Origin: Acidobacteriota bacterium
GTDB lineage: Bacteria > Acidobacteriota > Vicinamibacteria > Vicinamibacterales > SCN-69-37
NCBI GenBank assembly: GCA_005799825.1
Contig: SYFT01000024.1
Span: 11,069 to 75,068 of the forward strand
Reading direction: 5' to 3'
Length of the DNA stretch: 64,000 bases
This document shows positions 9,497-18,912 of this stretch, piece after piece. The notes below the pieces were generated by a model. The model worked only from the letters and a program-made list of their open reading frames with translations. It had not been told where the DNA came from and ran no database searches. The position numbers and the translations under genes were made by a program. Each line of letters starts with the position of its first letter. Position 1 is the stretch's first letter.

Positions 9497-10663
9497 ATGA
9501 CTCCCGTGATCCTGGGTTCCGACATCCTCTTCGATCGATCGCTGCTGCGCGGACGCACGATCGGCCTCGTCTGTAACCCCGCGTCGATCGACGCCGGGTT
9601 CTGCCACGTCATCGACCGCGCCGACCGCGCCGGTGTGCGCGTGGGCGCCATCTTCGGGCCGCAGCACGGGTTCCGCTCGGACCTGCAGGACAACATGATC
9701 GAGTCGCCACACGGCGCGGATCCTGCGCGTGGCGTGCGAGTCTACTCGCTCTACAGCGACACCCGCATCCCGACGGCCGAGATGTTGGCTGGCCTCGATG
9801 CGCTGGTGATCGACCTGCAGGACGTGGGCACGCGCATCTACACCTACATCTACACGATGGCTAACTGCCTGACGGCGGCGGCCGCGCACGGGGTGCCAGT
9901 GGTGGTGTGCGACCGACCCAACCCGATCGGGGGAACGCAGGTCGAGGGCCCGATGCTGCTGCCCGGCTACACGTCGTTCATCGGCCAGTACCCCATTCCC
10001 ATGCGGCACGGGATGACGATTGGCGAGCTCGCGCGCCTTTTCAACGACTACTTTGGCATTGGTGCCAAGCTGGAAGTGGTGGCGATGCAGGGATGGTCGC
10101 GCGACCAGTATTTCGAGACTACCGGCCGGCCGTGGGTGCTGCCCTCGCCCAACCTCCCGACGGTCGAGAGCGCCGTCGTGTATCCGGGGACCGTGTTGTT
10201 CGAGGGCACGAACGTGTCCGAAGGCCGCGGCACAACGAAGCCATTTGAGTTGTGCGGCGCGCCGTGGGTGTCACCCGAGCCGTTCTGTGAGGCGCTGAAT
10301 CGGCGCGGCCTGCCCGGCGTGCACTTCCGCCCGCATGCCTTTGAGCCGACGTTCCAGAAACACGCGACGGTCTTGTGCGGAGGCTGCCAGGTGCATGTCA
10401 CCGATCGCGCGACGTTCCGCGCGGTTGAAACCGGCGTGGCACTCATCGAGGCGTTCCGTGACGCCGGGCCACATCAGTTTACCTGGCGCGAACCGCCGTA
10501 CGAGTACGAATACTCCAAGCCGCCCATCGACATCCTGTATGGCTCCGCGCGCCTGCGAGAGGGCCTGGCGGCCGGCCGTACAACAGACGACCTCGCCCGC
10601 CCGTGGGCAGACGAGGTCGCGGAGTTCATGAATCTCCGAGCGCGCTTCCTGTTGTATCCGTAG
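9497..10663 (+). CDS. DUF1343 protein (YbbC/NamZ-like exo-beta-N-acetylmuramidase family)
   Basis: ATG lies 3 nt after the TonB receptor stop. DUF1343-like N-terminus GRTIGLVCNPASID and DLQDVGTRIYTYIYTM (family recalled, not searched). Confidence 0.75.
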   Translation: MTPVILGSDILFDRSLLRGRTIGLVCNPASIDAGFCHVIDRADRAGVRVGAIFGPQHGFRSDLQDNMIESPHGADPARGVRVYSLYSDTRIPTAEMLAGLDALVIDLQDVGTRIYTYIYTMANCLTAAAAHGVPVVVCDRPNPIGGTQVEGPMLLPGYTSFIGQYPIPMRHGMTIGELARLFNDYFGIGAKLEVVAMQGWSRDQYFETTGRPWVLPSPNLPTVESAVVYPGTVLFEGTNVSEGRGTTKPFELCGAPWVSPEPFCEALNRRGLPGVHFRPHAFEPTFQKHATVLCGGCQVHVTDRATFRAVETGVALIEAFRDAGPHQFTWREPPYEYEYSKPPIDILYGSARLREGLAAGRTTDDLARPWADEVAEFMNLRARFLLYP

Positions 10664-10674
10664 CCGTTCGGAGG

Positions 10675-13569
10675 CTACCGATTTCCCTCAGGGAGCGGTA
10701 TCACGGTGAAGCTCTGGCCAGCCCCGACCGCCGTGAAGGTATTGTTGGCCACCTTGCCAATGGTCGCGGTGTAACGGCCCTGCTCGACCGCCTGGCCACC
10801 ACCGCCTCCGCGCCCACCGAATCCTCCGCCGCCGCCACGGCCGCCACGGCCGCCCTCGGGCGCACCTGCAGGCGCCGGCGCAGGAGGCGCCCCGGCCAGG
10901 TTCCACACCACGCGCTTCACACCGGCCTCGCCGGTCAGATCGATGCGGCGCACTTCGCGGCCTGCGGCATCCGTAATCGCGATCGCCCACTGCGTGCCTG
11001 CAGCGGCCACATCACGGAGGTGGTAGGTGAAAATCGCACCGTAGGGGGGATTCGGCGCCCGCCAATCGCTCTGGGCGGCGCGGATCTGGTTCTTCAGCGG
11101 GAACTGATACGCATGCCGCAGCGGCAGCAACTGCGCTTCCTGCGCAAAGCTCTGTGCCGAGACACCACGCAGTGCGCTGTAGTCGTCGAGCACGTAGAAG
11201 CTTCGTCCGAATGTGCCAAGCACTAGGTCGTTTTCACGCTTCTGCACGTCCATGTCGCGGACCTGCGCCGTCGGCAGTCCGCCCTTGAGCTGCACCCAGT
11301 GCGCGCCGGCGTCCACGGTGACGAACAGGCCATACTCGGTGCCCACGAACAACAGGTTGCTGTTGACGTGATCCTGGATGATTGACCAGGCCGGCTGCCT
11401 GTCGGGGATGTCCCCCGTAATCGACGTGAACGTGCGGCCGCGGTCATTGCTGCGCGCCACATACGGCTGGTAGTTGCCGCGCTGCCAGTCGTTGAGCGTG
11501 ACGAACACGACGTTGACATCACGCGGTGACGCCATCACGTCCGAGACGTAGGTGACCTTCGGCACGCCCGGGAAGTCTTCCGTCTTGCGCCAGGTGCGGC
11601 CGCCGTCTTCGGTCACCTGCAACAACCCATCGTCAGTGCCGGCGTAGATGAGGCCGGCCAGGAGCGGTGACTCGTCCACCGACACGATGTTGCTGAGCGC
11701 GGTCGTGGCGCGATTGAAGCCAACCGTCTTAGTCCGGTCCCACTGCTTGCCCATGATTGGCACTTCACTGGCATCGAGCTGCCGCGTCAGATCGGGGCTG
11801 ATGCGCGTCCAACTGTCGCCGCGGTCCTCGGTGCGGTACAAGTAGTTGGACGCCCACAGCAGGCTCTTCGAATTGTGCGGACTGACCAGATACGGCGCGT
11901 CCCAGTTGGGGCGTTCGCTCGGCATGCCGCCTCCGCGTCCGCCGGTGGCCGGGGCAATCTCACTGCCGTCGAGGTTGCGCGTGTTGTTCGCGTTCGGGCG
12001 AATCGACTGCGACTGCCCAGTGCGCAGGTCGAGGCGTGTCACCGCGCCGTTTTGCGACGTAGCATACGTGAAGTACGGATCTTCGGGGTCGCTGCGGGTG
12101 GTGAAGCCGTCGCCGCCGCCAGTGATGTAGACGTCACTGGTGCGGATGCCGGCCGAGTTCTGGGTACGGTGGGGAGTACAGAATGAGCCGTTATCCTGTG
12201 TGCCGCCGCAGACGTTGTAGAACGGCTTCATGTTGTCCACCGACGCGCGGTAGAACTGCGAAATCGGCAGGTTGGTGAAGTGACGCCACGTCCGGCCCTC
12301 GTCGTATGACTCGTAGAGGCCGCCATCGTTGCCCAGAATGAAGTGGTTGCGGTCATTCGGGTTGGGCCAAATGACGTGGTGATCGACGTGGACGCCCGCC
12401 GTCGGCATGTTGCTCCACGTACGACCGCCATCCGTGCTGCGTGCCATGTTCGTGCTGACGGCGTACAGCGTGTCCGGTCGAATGGGATCGACGAAGATCT
12501 CGTTGTAGTAGCCGGGATCGGCGTTCATAAACCAGTTGTCGGCCGCGGCCTGCGGTGGCGCTTCCTGGCCGCCCTCGGTCTGCGCTACCTCATCGTCGTT
12601 GCCCGCACGAACCTCAAGCGCTGTACCCACGCCGCCGCGTCCGCTGCCCGGCGCCGTCTTCCCCACGCGCGCCCAGGTGGCGCCCTGGTCGTCGGTGCGG
12701 TACACACCACGCTCTTCAGCAAGGGCATCGATCATCGCGTAGACACGACTGGGACGCACCTTCGCGTCGACGGCTAGATTGATGCGGCCCATGTCCATCT
12801 TCGGTAGCCCCGTCGTCAGCTTCGTCCACGTCTGCCCTGCGTTGGTGGACTTGTAGATGCCGCTCTCCGGTCCGCCGCCGACGAACTGTCCCACCGCGCG
12901 CCGCCGCTGCCACATCGCCACATACAGCGTGTTCGGGCTGGCCGGGTCAATCACCACTTCGTTGGCGCCGGTATCCGGACTGACCGTCAGAATTTCTTTC
13001 CAGGTTTTACCGCCATCCGTGGTCTTGTAGAGGCCGCGTTCGCCGCCTGCGGACCACAGCGGGCCCTGCGCGGAGACGTAGACGACGTTGGAGTCGCGCG
13101 GGTCGATTTGGATGTTCCCGATGTGCTCCGACTTGGCCAGGGCCACTCGCATCCAGGTCATGCCCGCGTCGGTGGACTTGTAGAGACCGTCACCAATCAT
13201 CGAACTGCGCGGATTTGAGTTCTCGCCCGTGCCGAGCCAGACGATATTGGAGTCCTTTGGATCGACCTTGATGCAACAGAGATTGAACGACCCACCCCGA
13301 TCAAAGGTGGACACCCAAGTGACGCCGCGGTTGACGCTCTTCCACACGCCGCCGGCAGCGGTGGCCACGTAGTAGACGTTCGCGTTTTTCGGGTCGACGT
13401 CGAAGTCGGCAATGCGGCCGGTCACAAGCGACGGACCGATGCTGCGCATTTCCAGTCCCTCGAACACCGTGGCGTTGAGCCGGTCGTTCGTCGGGGCCTG
13501 TCCGGAGGGCGCGATAGCCGCCGCTACGAGCGCAGCGCAGGCCAAGACGAATGTCAGACGTTGCTTCAT
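10675..13569 (-). CDS. Secreted sortilin/VPS10-type BNR (Asp-box) repeat protein
   Basis: Signal peptide [25 protein letters not shown] at the ATG at 13569. Repeated S-x-D-x-G-x-T-W Asp-boxes ([55 protein letters not shown]). C-terminal Gly/Arg tract [20 protein letters not shown]. Confidence 0.85.
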   Translation of the reverse strand: MKQRLTFVLACAALVAAAIAPSGQAPTNDRLNATVFEGLEMRSIGPSLVTGRIADFDVDPKNANVYYVATAAGGVWKSVNRGVTWVSTFDRGGSFNLCCIKVDPKDSNIVWLGTGENSNPRSSMIGDGLYKSTDAGMTWMRVALAKSEHIGNIQIDPRDSNVVYVSAQGPLWSAGGERGLYKTTDGGKTWKEILTVSPDTGANEVVIDPASPNTLYVAMWQRRRAVGQFVGGGPESGIYKSTNAGQTWTKLTTGLPKMDMGRINLAVDAKVRPSRVYAMIDALAEERGVYRTDDQGATWARVGKTAPGSGRGGVGTALEVRAGNDDEVAQTEGGQEAPPQAAADNWFMNADPGYYNEIFVDPIRPDTLYAVSTNMARSTDGGRTWSNMPTAGVHVDHHVIWPNPNDRNHFILGNDGGLYESYDEGRTWRHFTNLPISQFYRASVDNMKPFYNVCGGTQDNGSFCTPHRTQNSAGIRTSDVYITGGGDGFTTRSDPEDPYFTYATSQNGAVTRLDLRTGQSQSIRPNANNTRNLDGSEIAPATGGRGGGMPSERPNWDAPYLVSPHNSKSLLWASNYLYRTEDRGDSWTRISPDLTRQLDASEVPIMGKQWDRTKTVGFNRATTALSNIVSVDESPLLAGLIYAGTDDGLLQVTEDGGRTWRKTEDFPGVPKVTYVSDVMASPRDVNVVFVTLNDWQRGNYQPYVARSNDRGRTFTSITGDIPDRQPAWSIIQDHVNSNLLFVGTEYGLFVTVDAGAHWVQLKGGLPTAQVRDMDVQKRENDLVLGTFGRSFYVLDDYSALRGVSAQSFAQEAQLLPLRHAYQFPLKNQIRAAQSDWRAPNPPYGAIFTYHLRDVAAAGTQWAIAITDAAGREVRRIDLTGEAGVKRVVWNLAGAPPAPAPAGAPEGGRGGRGGGGGFGGRGGGGGQAVEQGRYTATIGKVANNTFTAVGAGQSFTVIPLPEGNR

Positions 13570-13737
13570 GAAGATGCTCCTTGGCAGAAAGTCGCCGGAC
13601 AGATTTTGACATATTTGCGGGGCCGTCAACGCCCCAGCCAATAGGAGACCTTGAGGAGAGCAGGTCATCTGCTGACAGATCCCAAAGTAACCTCGCATCC
13701 CGATTGCCGACACGGTTTGCGTACTGACGGCTGGCGA

Positions 13738-13770
13738 ACACTCGGGCTTGAGAACCAGCCCGAGCTACGT
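13738..13770. repeat. REP-like hairpin element (copy 1), followed by degenerate partial copies up to about 13870
   Basis: ACACTCGGGCTTGAGAACCAGCCCGAGCTACGT has the stem CTCGGGCT/AGCCCGAG. It is near-identical to the element at 19607-19639. Partial echoes GGGGAACCAGCCCGCGCTAC and CCGGAGCTACGG lie downstream. Confidence 0.55.
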
Positions 13771-13875
13771 ATCGGTCAAAGCCGCGGCATGGGGAACCAG
13801 CCCGCGCTACACTTCCCCACTGACCCAGTTTCCACCTTCGCTCCTCCGGAGCTACGGCGGACAAGCCCCACTTCC

Positions 13876-14850
13876 TTACTTTCCTCCCGCCACCATCGCC
13901 TTCCAGGCCGCCTCGTAGGCGTCCACTGTGGCGGCGGTTACCACGTCCACACCCGAATCGATGATTGGATTGGTGGGCTTGCGGCCGTTGATGATGCCGT
14001 GTAGGAGTTTGATGGGCTCCTCACCCCAGCCGAAGTACTTCTGGCCGAGCAGGACCTGGACCTTGCCCGCGCGCAGCAGCGTAATGGCCGATGGGACCGT
14101 ATCAAACGACACGAACTTCGTAGTCGGCGGTACCGGAGCGAGCGCGTTGGCGCTGAACACGGGCCAGCCGCCCACCGAAATCCAGGCGCCGAGGTTGGGG
14201 TACCGGTTGGTGCCGGTCGCAATGATCTCGCCAGTGCGCACGCTGTCTTCCTTGATGTCGTAAGTCTCAAGGATGGTAATGCCGGGGTGCTTCGCGAGGG
14301 CTTCCCGGGCGCCTTCGAGCCGCCGGGCAAGGTTGTTGGCGCCAAGACTTGTAATGAACGCCACCGTTCCCTTGCCGTTTAACATCTTGGCCGTCTCCTC
14401 GCCCATCACGATGCCCGACCGGTAGTCGTCCACGCCGTAGAACGCCAACCGTTTTGATGCCGGGGCATCTGAGTCCCAGGTCACCACCGGAATACCGGCG
14501 TCAACAGCGCGGTCGATCGTTGACGTCAGGAACGACGCATTGAGCACCGAGATGGCAATGCCATCCACCTTCTGGGTGATGAACGATTCGAGCACTTCCT
14601 TCTGGCGCAGCTCATCGGCGCGGTCAGGACCGCGATAGATGACCTCCACGCCCAGTGCGGCGGCCGCCCGCTCGCCGCCGATACGCGCGTAGTCGAACAC
14701 CGGAATGTCGAGCGACTTCGGAATCAGCGCAAAGCGCAGCTTCCTAGCTGCCGGAGGCGCGTCAGAAGTTCCACCCCCACACGCGACCGCACCCATCGTG
14801 CCCATCACGCTCAAAACGGCCACAACCGCGACCAGCAGTACCTTCTTCAT
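13876..14850 (-). CDS. Sugar ABC transporter substrate-binding lipoprotein (ribose/RbsB-like periplasmic binding fold)
   Basis: Lipoprotein signal MKKVLLVAVVAVLSVMGTMGAVAC. PBP type I pattern FALIPKSLDIPVFDY...VDGIAISVLN...VVTWDSD. Confidence 0.85.
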   Translation of the reverse strand: MKKVLLVAVVAVLSVMGTMGAVACGGGTSDAPPAARKLRFALIPKSLDIPVFDYARIGGERAAAALGVEVIYRGPDRADELRQKEVLESFITQKVDGIAISVLNASFLTSTIDRAVDAGIPVVTWDSDAPASKRLAFYGVDDYRSGIVMGEETAKMLNGKGTVAFITSLGANNLARRLEGAREALAKHPGITILETYDIKEDSVRTGEIIATGTNRYPNLGAWISVGGWPVFSANALAPVPPTTKFVSFDTVPSAITLLRAGKVQVLLGQKYFGWGEEPIKLLHGIINGRKPTNPIIDSGVDVVTAATVDAYEAAWKAMVAGGK

Positions 14851-15806
14851 GCTTCTCCCCTTCGCACCATGATCTGGTCCATCACCACAATGACAATGAC
14901 CGCCAGACCGACGATGACCCGATCATAGAACGTGGCGCCCGGAATCTGCGGCAGCGCGTTGCGTAGAACACCAAAAATCAGCGCACCGAGCACGGCGCCG
15001 GCCACCGACCCTCGGCCGCCGGTCAAACTGGTGCCGCCCACCACCGCGGAGGCGATGATGTCCAGTTCGTACCCATTGGCGAGGTCGGCTTTGCCCTGCC
15101 CCTGCACCACGGCCAGCACGACGCCCGAGATGGCCGCGAGGAGGCCCGCCGTGACGTAGGCGGTCGTCTTGACCAACCCGACCCGCAGGCCCGAGAACAA
15201 GGCGGCGGTTTCGTTGCCGCCCACCGCGAAAATGGCGCGCCCCCACTGGAACCGCTTCATCAGCACCTGGAAGGTGCCCGCCAGTGCCACCATGACCAGC
15301 GGCGGGACCCAGTCGATCGACACACCGACCACCGTCCAGTTACGGGGCAGCTTCGCGGACAGATCGTAAAACCGCGCCTCTGTGATGATGTAGCCCGCGC
15401 CGCGCCAGATGCCCATCACGCCCAGCGTGGCGATGAACGGCGGCAACCGCATGCCGACAATCAGCCATGACGACGCCAGACCGGCCGAAAGGCCCACCAT
15501 CAGGCCCATCAGGGCGCTGGCCGTGAGGGACCAGTCGGCCTGGACGAAGAAGTACCCGGTCACAACACTCGTCAGGCCAATGACGGCACCCGACGACAGG
15601 TCGATGCCGCCCGTGATGATGACAATGGCCGCACCGATGGCCGCAATGCCGTAGATCGACGAGTACTTGAGGATCAGGAGGGCGTTGCCGACATTCAGGA
15701 ACGGATGCCCGCCATCCGACGGCCACAGATACCACGTAAAAAACGCGACCTCCAGCACGAGAATCATCAACGTGCTGACTTCGCGCACCTGCCACAACTG
15801 CTTCAC
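14847..15806 (-). CDS. Sugar ABC transporter permease (RbsC/AraH-like)
   Basis: Polytopic membrane protein. 4-bp overlaps with both neighbours. GGIDLSSGAVIGL motif typical of this permease family. Confidence 0.85.
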   Translation of the reverse strand: MKQLWQVREVSTLMILVLEVAFFTWYLWPSDGGHPFLNVGNALLILKYSSIYGIAAIGAAIVIITGGIDLSSGAVIGLTSVVTGYFFVQADWSLTASALMGLMVGLSAGLASSWLIVGMRLPPFIATLGVMGIWRGAGYIITEARFYDLSAKLPRNWTVVGVSIDWVPPLVMVALAGTFQVLMKRFQWGRAIFAVGGNETAALFSGLRVGLVKTTAYVTAGLLAAISGVVLAVVQGQGKADLANGYELDIIASAVVGGTSLTGGRGSVAGAVLGALIFGVLRNALPQIPGATFYDRVIVGLAVIVIVVMDQIMVRRGEA

Positions 15807-17353
15807 GCGTTGCCTCCTGCGGGCCGGTCGAGATCAACGTCATGTGTGGCCAGCCGCATCACGGTCTCTTCGGTCGCGCCTGCCCCCGGCAATTCGCCGC
15901 GCAGATGCCCCTCGCGCATCACGAGAATGCGATCGGCTAGGGCCAGCACTTCGGGCAGATCGCTTGAGACCATCAGGCAGGCCATCCCGGCATCCGCCTG
16001 GTGCCGAATGAGGTTGTGAATCTCGAACTTGGCGCCGACGTCCACGCCCTTCGTGGGTTCGTCCAGCAGCAACACCTTCGGCGTGGTCGCCAACCACTTG
16101 CCGGCCACGATCTTCTGCTGGTTGCCGCCCGACAACGCGTCGGGCGTGACCTTCAGGTGGGGTGCCTTGATCGTGAGCGCCTCGACCTGGGCACGCGCGG
16201 CGGTTTCCTCACCCGCGTCACGAATGAGGCCCACGCCCTGCTTGGCGGCCAGCGGCAGCACCAAGTTGTGGCGGAGCGAGAGATTAAAAAACAGTCCCTG
16301 GCGCTGCCGATTCTCCGGCACCAGCGCGAGTCCAGCCCTGGCCGCATCTCGGGTCGAGCGCACGTAAATGGCTTGACCATCTACGGCCACCTGGCCCGCG
16401 TCCGGAGTGGCCAGACCGAAGAGGGTCTCGAGAATTTCGGTGCGGCCGGATCCCACCAAACCGAACATGCCGACAATCTCGCCAGGCGCCACCTGGAACG
16501 AGACATCCTCAAACGCGGGCCGCCTGGAGAGCCCGCGGACTTGCAGCGCTGGGGAACTGGGGAACTGGGGAACTGGGGAACTGGGGAACTGAGGAACTGA
16601 GGAACTGTGCGGCACGCGACGTGGTGGCTCACGGCCCACCATCGCCCGCACGATGTCGTCGGATGGTGTAGTCGCGCGCTCGAATGTGTCCACAAATTGG
16701 CCATCGCGCAGCACGGTAATACGGTCGCAGAGGCGATACACCTCCGGGAGCCGGTGCGACACGAACAGCACGGTGACGCCCTGCTGCCGCAGGCGTGTCA
16801 CCACGCCAAACAGGTGATCGACCTCGGCGTCGGTCAACGAGGTCGTGGGTTCATCAAGCACGAGCACACGGCAGTCGAAGGCAAGCGCGCGGGCGACCTG
16901 TACCAGTTGCGCGCATGCCGTCGACACATGTTGCATCGACGTGTCCGGGGTGACCGGCACATGGAGTTGCATCAGCAATTCCTGGGTGCGCGCGCGCATG
17001 GCCCGTTCGTCCAGCACTCCCCACCGGTTGGTGATTTCGCGGCCCGCGAAAATATTCGCGGTGACTGAGAGGTTGGGAAACGCGAGCATCTCCTGGTAGA
17101 CCATGCCGATGCCGTGTTCAAGCGCCTCACGTGGAGTGGAAAAGTGGATGCGTTCGCCGGCCCACGAGAGTGCTCCGCGGTCGGGCCTGATGATCCCGGC
17201 CAGAATCTTGAGCAACGTGGACTTGCCGGCGCCGTTTTCGCCGACACACGCGTGCGCGTCGCCGGCGGCGATCGTGAAGCTGACGCCGCGCAGCGCCTGT
17301 ACGGCGCCAAAGGCCTTCGCCACGTCACAAAACTCCAACCCGGCCGTTATCAT
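15803..17353 (-). CDS. Sugar ABC transporter ATP-binding protein, duplicated ATPase (RbsA/MglA-like), with repeat-encoded linker insertion
   Basis: Two nucleotide-binding domains. Walker A GENGAGKST and GLVGSGRTE. Signature LSGGNQQK. Walker B VLLLDEPT. ATG at 17353 (MITAGLEF) is preferred over the listed start at 17515. The linker HSSSVPQFPSSPVPQFPSSPA is encoded by the 8-bp repeat array. Confidence 0.85.
   Translation of the reverse strand: MITAGLEFCDVAKAFGAVQALRGVSFTIAAGDAHACVGENGAGKSTLLKILAGIIRPDRGALSWAGERIHFSTPREALEHGIGMVYQEMLAFPNLSVTANIFAGREITNRWGVLDERAMRARTQELLMQLHVPVTPDTSMQHVSTACAQLVQVARALAFDCRVLVLDEPTTSLTDAEVDHLFGVVTRLRQQGVTVLFVSHRLPEVYRLCDRITVLRDGQFVDTFERATTPSDDIVRAMVGREPPRRVPHSSSVPQFPSSPVPQFPSSPALQVRGLSRRPAFEDVSFQVAPGEIVGMFGLVGSGRTEILETLFGLATPDAGQVAVDGQAIYVRSTRDAARAGLALVPENRQRQGLFFNLSLRHNLVLPLAAKQGVGLIRDAGEETAARAQVEALTIKAPHLKVTPDALSGGNQQKIVAGKWLATTPKVLLLDEPTKGVDVGAKFEIHNLIRHQADAGMACLMVSSDLPEVLALADRILVMREGHLRGELPGAGATEETVMRLATHDVDLDRPAGGNA
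16551..16606. repeat. 8-bp tandem repeat array (GGGGAACT)x5 (GAGGAACT)x2 inside the ABC ATPase coding sequence
   Basis: Read directly: seven perfect head-to-tail octamers, 56 bp. On the coding (minus) strand they read AGTTCCTC x2, AGTTCCCC x5. Confidence 0.95.
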
Positions 17354-17362
17354 TTGGCGGTA

Positions 17363-17374
17363 ATCGTATACGAT
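17363..17374. promoter_or_regulatory. Perfect 12-bp palindrome ATCGTATACGAT in the divergent ABC-operon/galM promoter region
   Basis: Read directly. It lies 10 nt upstream of the ATPase ATG (17353) and 75 nt upstream of the galM ATG (17449). AT-rich relative to its surroundings. Confidence 0.3.
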
Positions 17375-17448
17375 CCCTTCAGGGTCCAGGCCTTGCCCGC
17401 CGTAGCGTAGAACGCGGAGGTAGGTCCGGAGTTCAAGAGGGGAACGCA

Positions 17449-18597
17449 ATGAGGCACACAGCGGTGGCGGTGATGGTTGGGATGGTTGCGGTGGGATGTG
17501 GTGGTGGTGAATCATCTCTGCCAGTGCCTGGCAACGACATCCGCATCACCTCGGTGCCCTTTGGCGCCACGGCCGACGGCACGCCCGTCGATGTCATCAC
17601 GCTTCGGAACGGCAAGGGCATCGAGATGACGGTGCTCACCTATGGCGGCATCATCATGTCGCTCAAGACACCGGATCGAAATGGCGTGGCGGACGACATT
17701 GTGATGGGCCACGACACCGTGGGCGGCTACGAGGCGAACTCTCCGTATTTCGGCAGCCTGATCGGCCGGGTGGGCAACCGCATCGCAAACGGCGCCTTCA
17801 CACTCGACGGCAAGGTACACACGCTCGCTAAGAACAACGGCCCGAACCACCTGCACGGCGGCCTCAAGGGCTGGGACAAGGTGGTCTGGAAGGCCGACCC
17901 GTTCCAGGACCGGACCGGAGCCGGTGTACGTCTGGAATACATAAGCGCCGACGGCGAAGAGGGGTATCCCGGCAAGGTCACCGCCCATGTGGTCTATACG
18001 CTGACGCCCGACAACACCTTGGTGGTGGACTACCACGCGACCACCGACACACCCACGGTCATCAACCTGACGCAGCACAGCTACTTCAACCTAGGCGGCA
18101 GGAAGACCACCGACATCCTGGGTCATGAATTGATGGTCAACGCCGACCGCTACACGCCGGTGAACTCCACGCTCATCCCCACCGGAGAACTGGCGCCAGT
18201 CGCCGGCACACCCTTTGACTTTCGCGCGCCCACGGCCATTGGCGCGCGCATCAACGACAAGAATACGCAGTTGGAATACGGCAAGGGCTACGACCACAAC
18301 TACGTGTTAACCCGGTCGGGCACCGGACTCGAACTGGCCGCGCGCGTGTATGAACCCACCACCGGCCGCACGCTTGAGATCTCAACCACAGAACCCGGCG
18401 TCCAGCTCTACACGGGCAACTTCCTCGACGGCACGATCACCGGTAAGGGCGGGCATGTGTATTCCTTCCGCTCGGGTCTCTGTCTCGAAACGCAGCACTA
18501 TCCCGACTCGCCGAACCAGAAGGGTTTTCCCTCGATCGAATTGCGGCCAGGCGGCGAATACAAATCAAAAACGGTCTTCGCCTTCGGCAGCCGCTAG
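17449..18597 (+). CDS. galM: Aldose 1-epimerase (galactose mutarotase), lipoprotein-type signal
   Basis: Mutarotase motifs NGPNHLHGG, NLTQHSYFNL, GLCLETQHYPDSPN. N-terminal MRHTAVAVMVGMVAVGC. Confidence 0.9.
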   Translation: MRHTAVAVMVGMVAVGCGGGESSLPVPGNDIRITSVPFGATADGTPVDVITLRNGKGIEMTVLTYGGIIMSLKTPDRNGVADDIVMGHDTVGGYEANSPYFGSLIGRVGNRIANGAFTLDGKVHTLAKNNGPNHLHGGLKGWDKVVWKADPFQDRTGAGVRLEYISADGEEGYPGKVTAHVVYTLTPDNTLVVDYHATTDTPTVINLTQHSYFNLGGRKTTDILGHELMVNADRYTPVNSTLIPTGELAPVAGTPFDFRAPTAIGARINDKNTQLEYGKGYDHNYVLTRSGTGLELAARVYEPTTGRTLEISTTEPGVQLYTGNFLDGTITGKGGHVYSFRSGLCLETQHYPDSPNQKGFPSIELRPGGEYKSKTVFAFGSR

Positions 18598-18912
18598 ATC
18601 ACGCGGCGATCACCACTACGCGGACGCTCGCTCTCCACGTGTCGCCAGTGCATGGCGCGTGCGCGCGCGGTCCCACGCCATGGCGCGCGATCCGGAGTTG
18701 AACACAATAAAGTCGCGCAGCGCGCGCTCATCCTGCCAGGCCGGCCGCGACGTCGCGCTCGCGGAACTGACGACAGACCTGATGATCGATCGCTTTGAGG
18801 CGGTCTACTCGACGCTTGGATGACTTCGCCTGGTGGCGTTGCGCCGATTGACCCGAGCGGTGGCCACCACGCAAGATAACGGCATCTGCCCGAACACACC
18901 GAATGGCTGGAC

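Noticed and set aside
17354-17515. His-rich N-terminal extension MIHHHHIPPQ... of the ABC ATPase ORF.
   Set aside because: It precedes the conserved ABC N-terminus, is Pro/Ser-rich, and runs into the divergent galM promoter and start. ATG at 17353 gives a canonical N-terminus.
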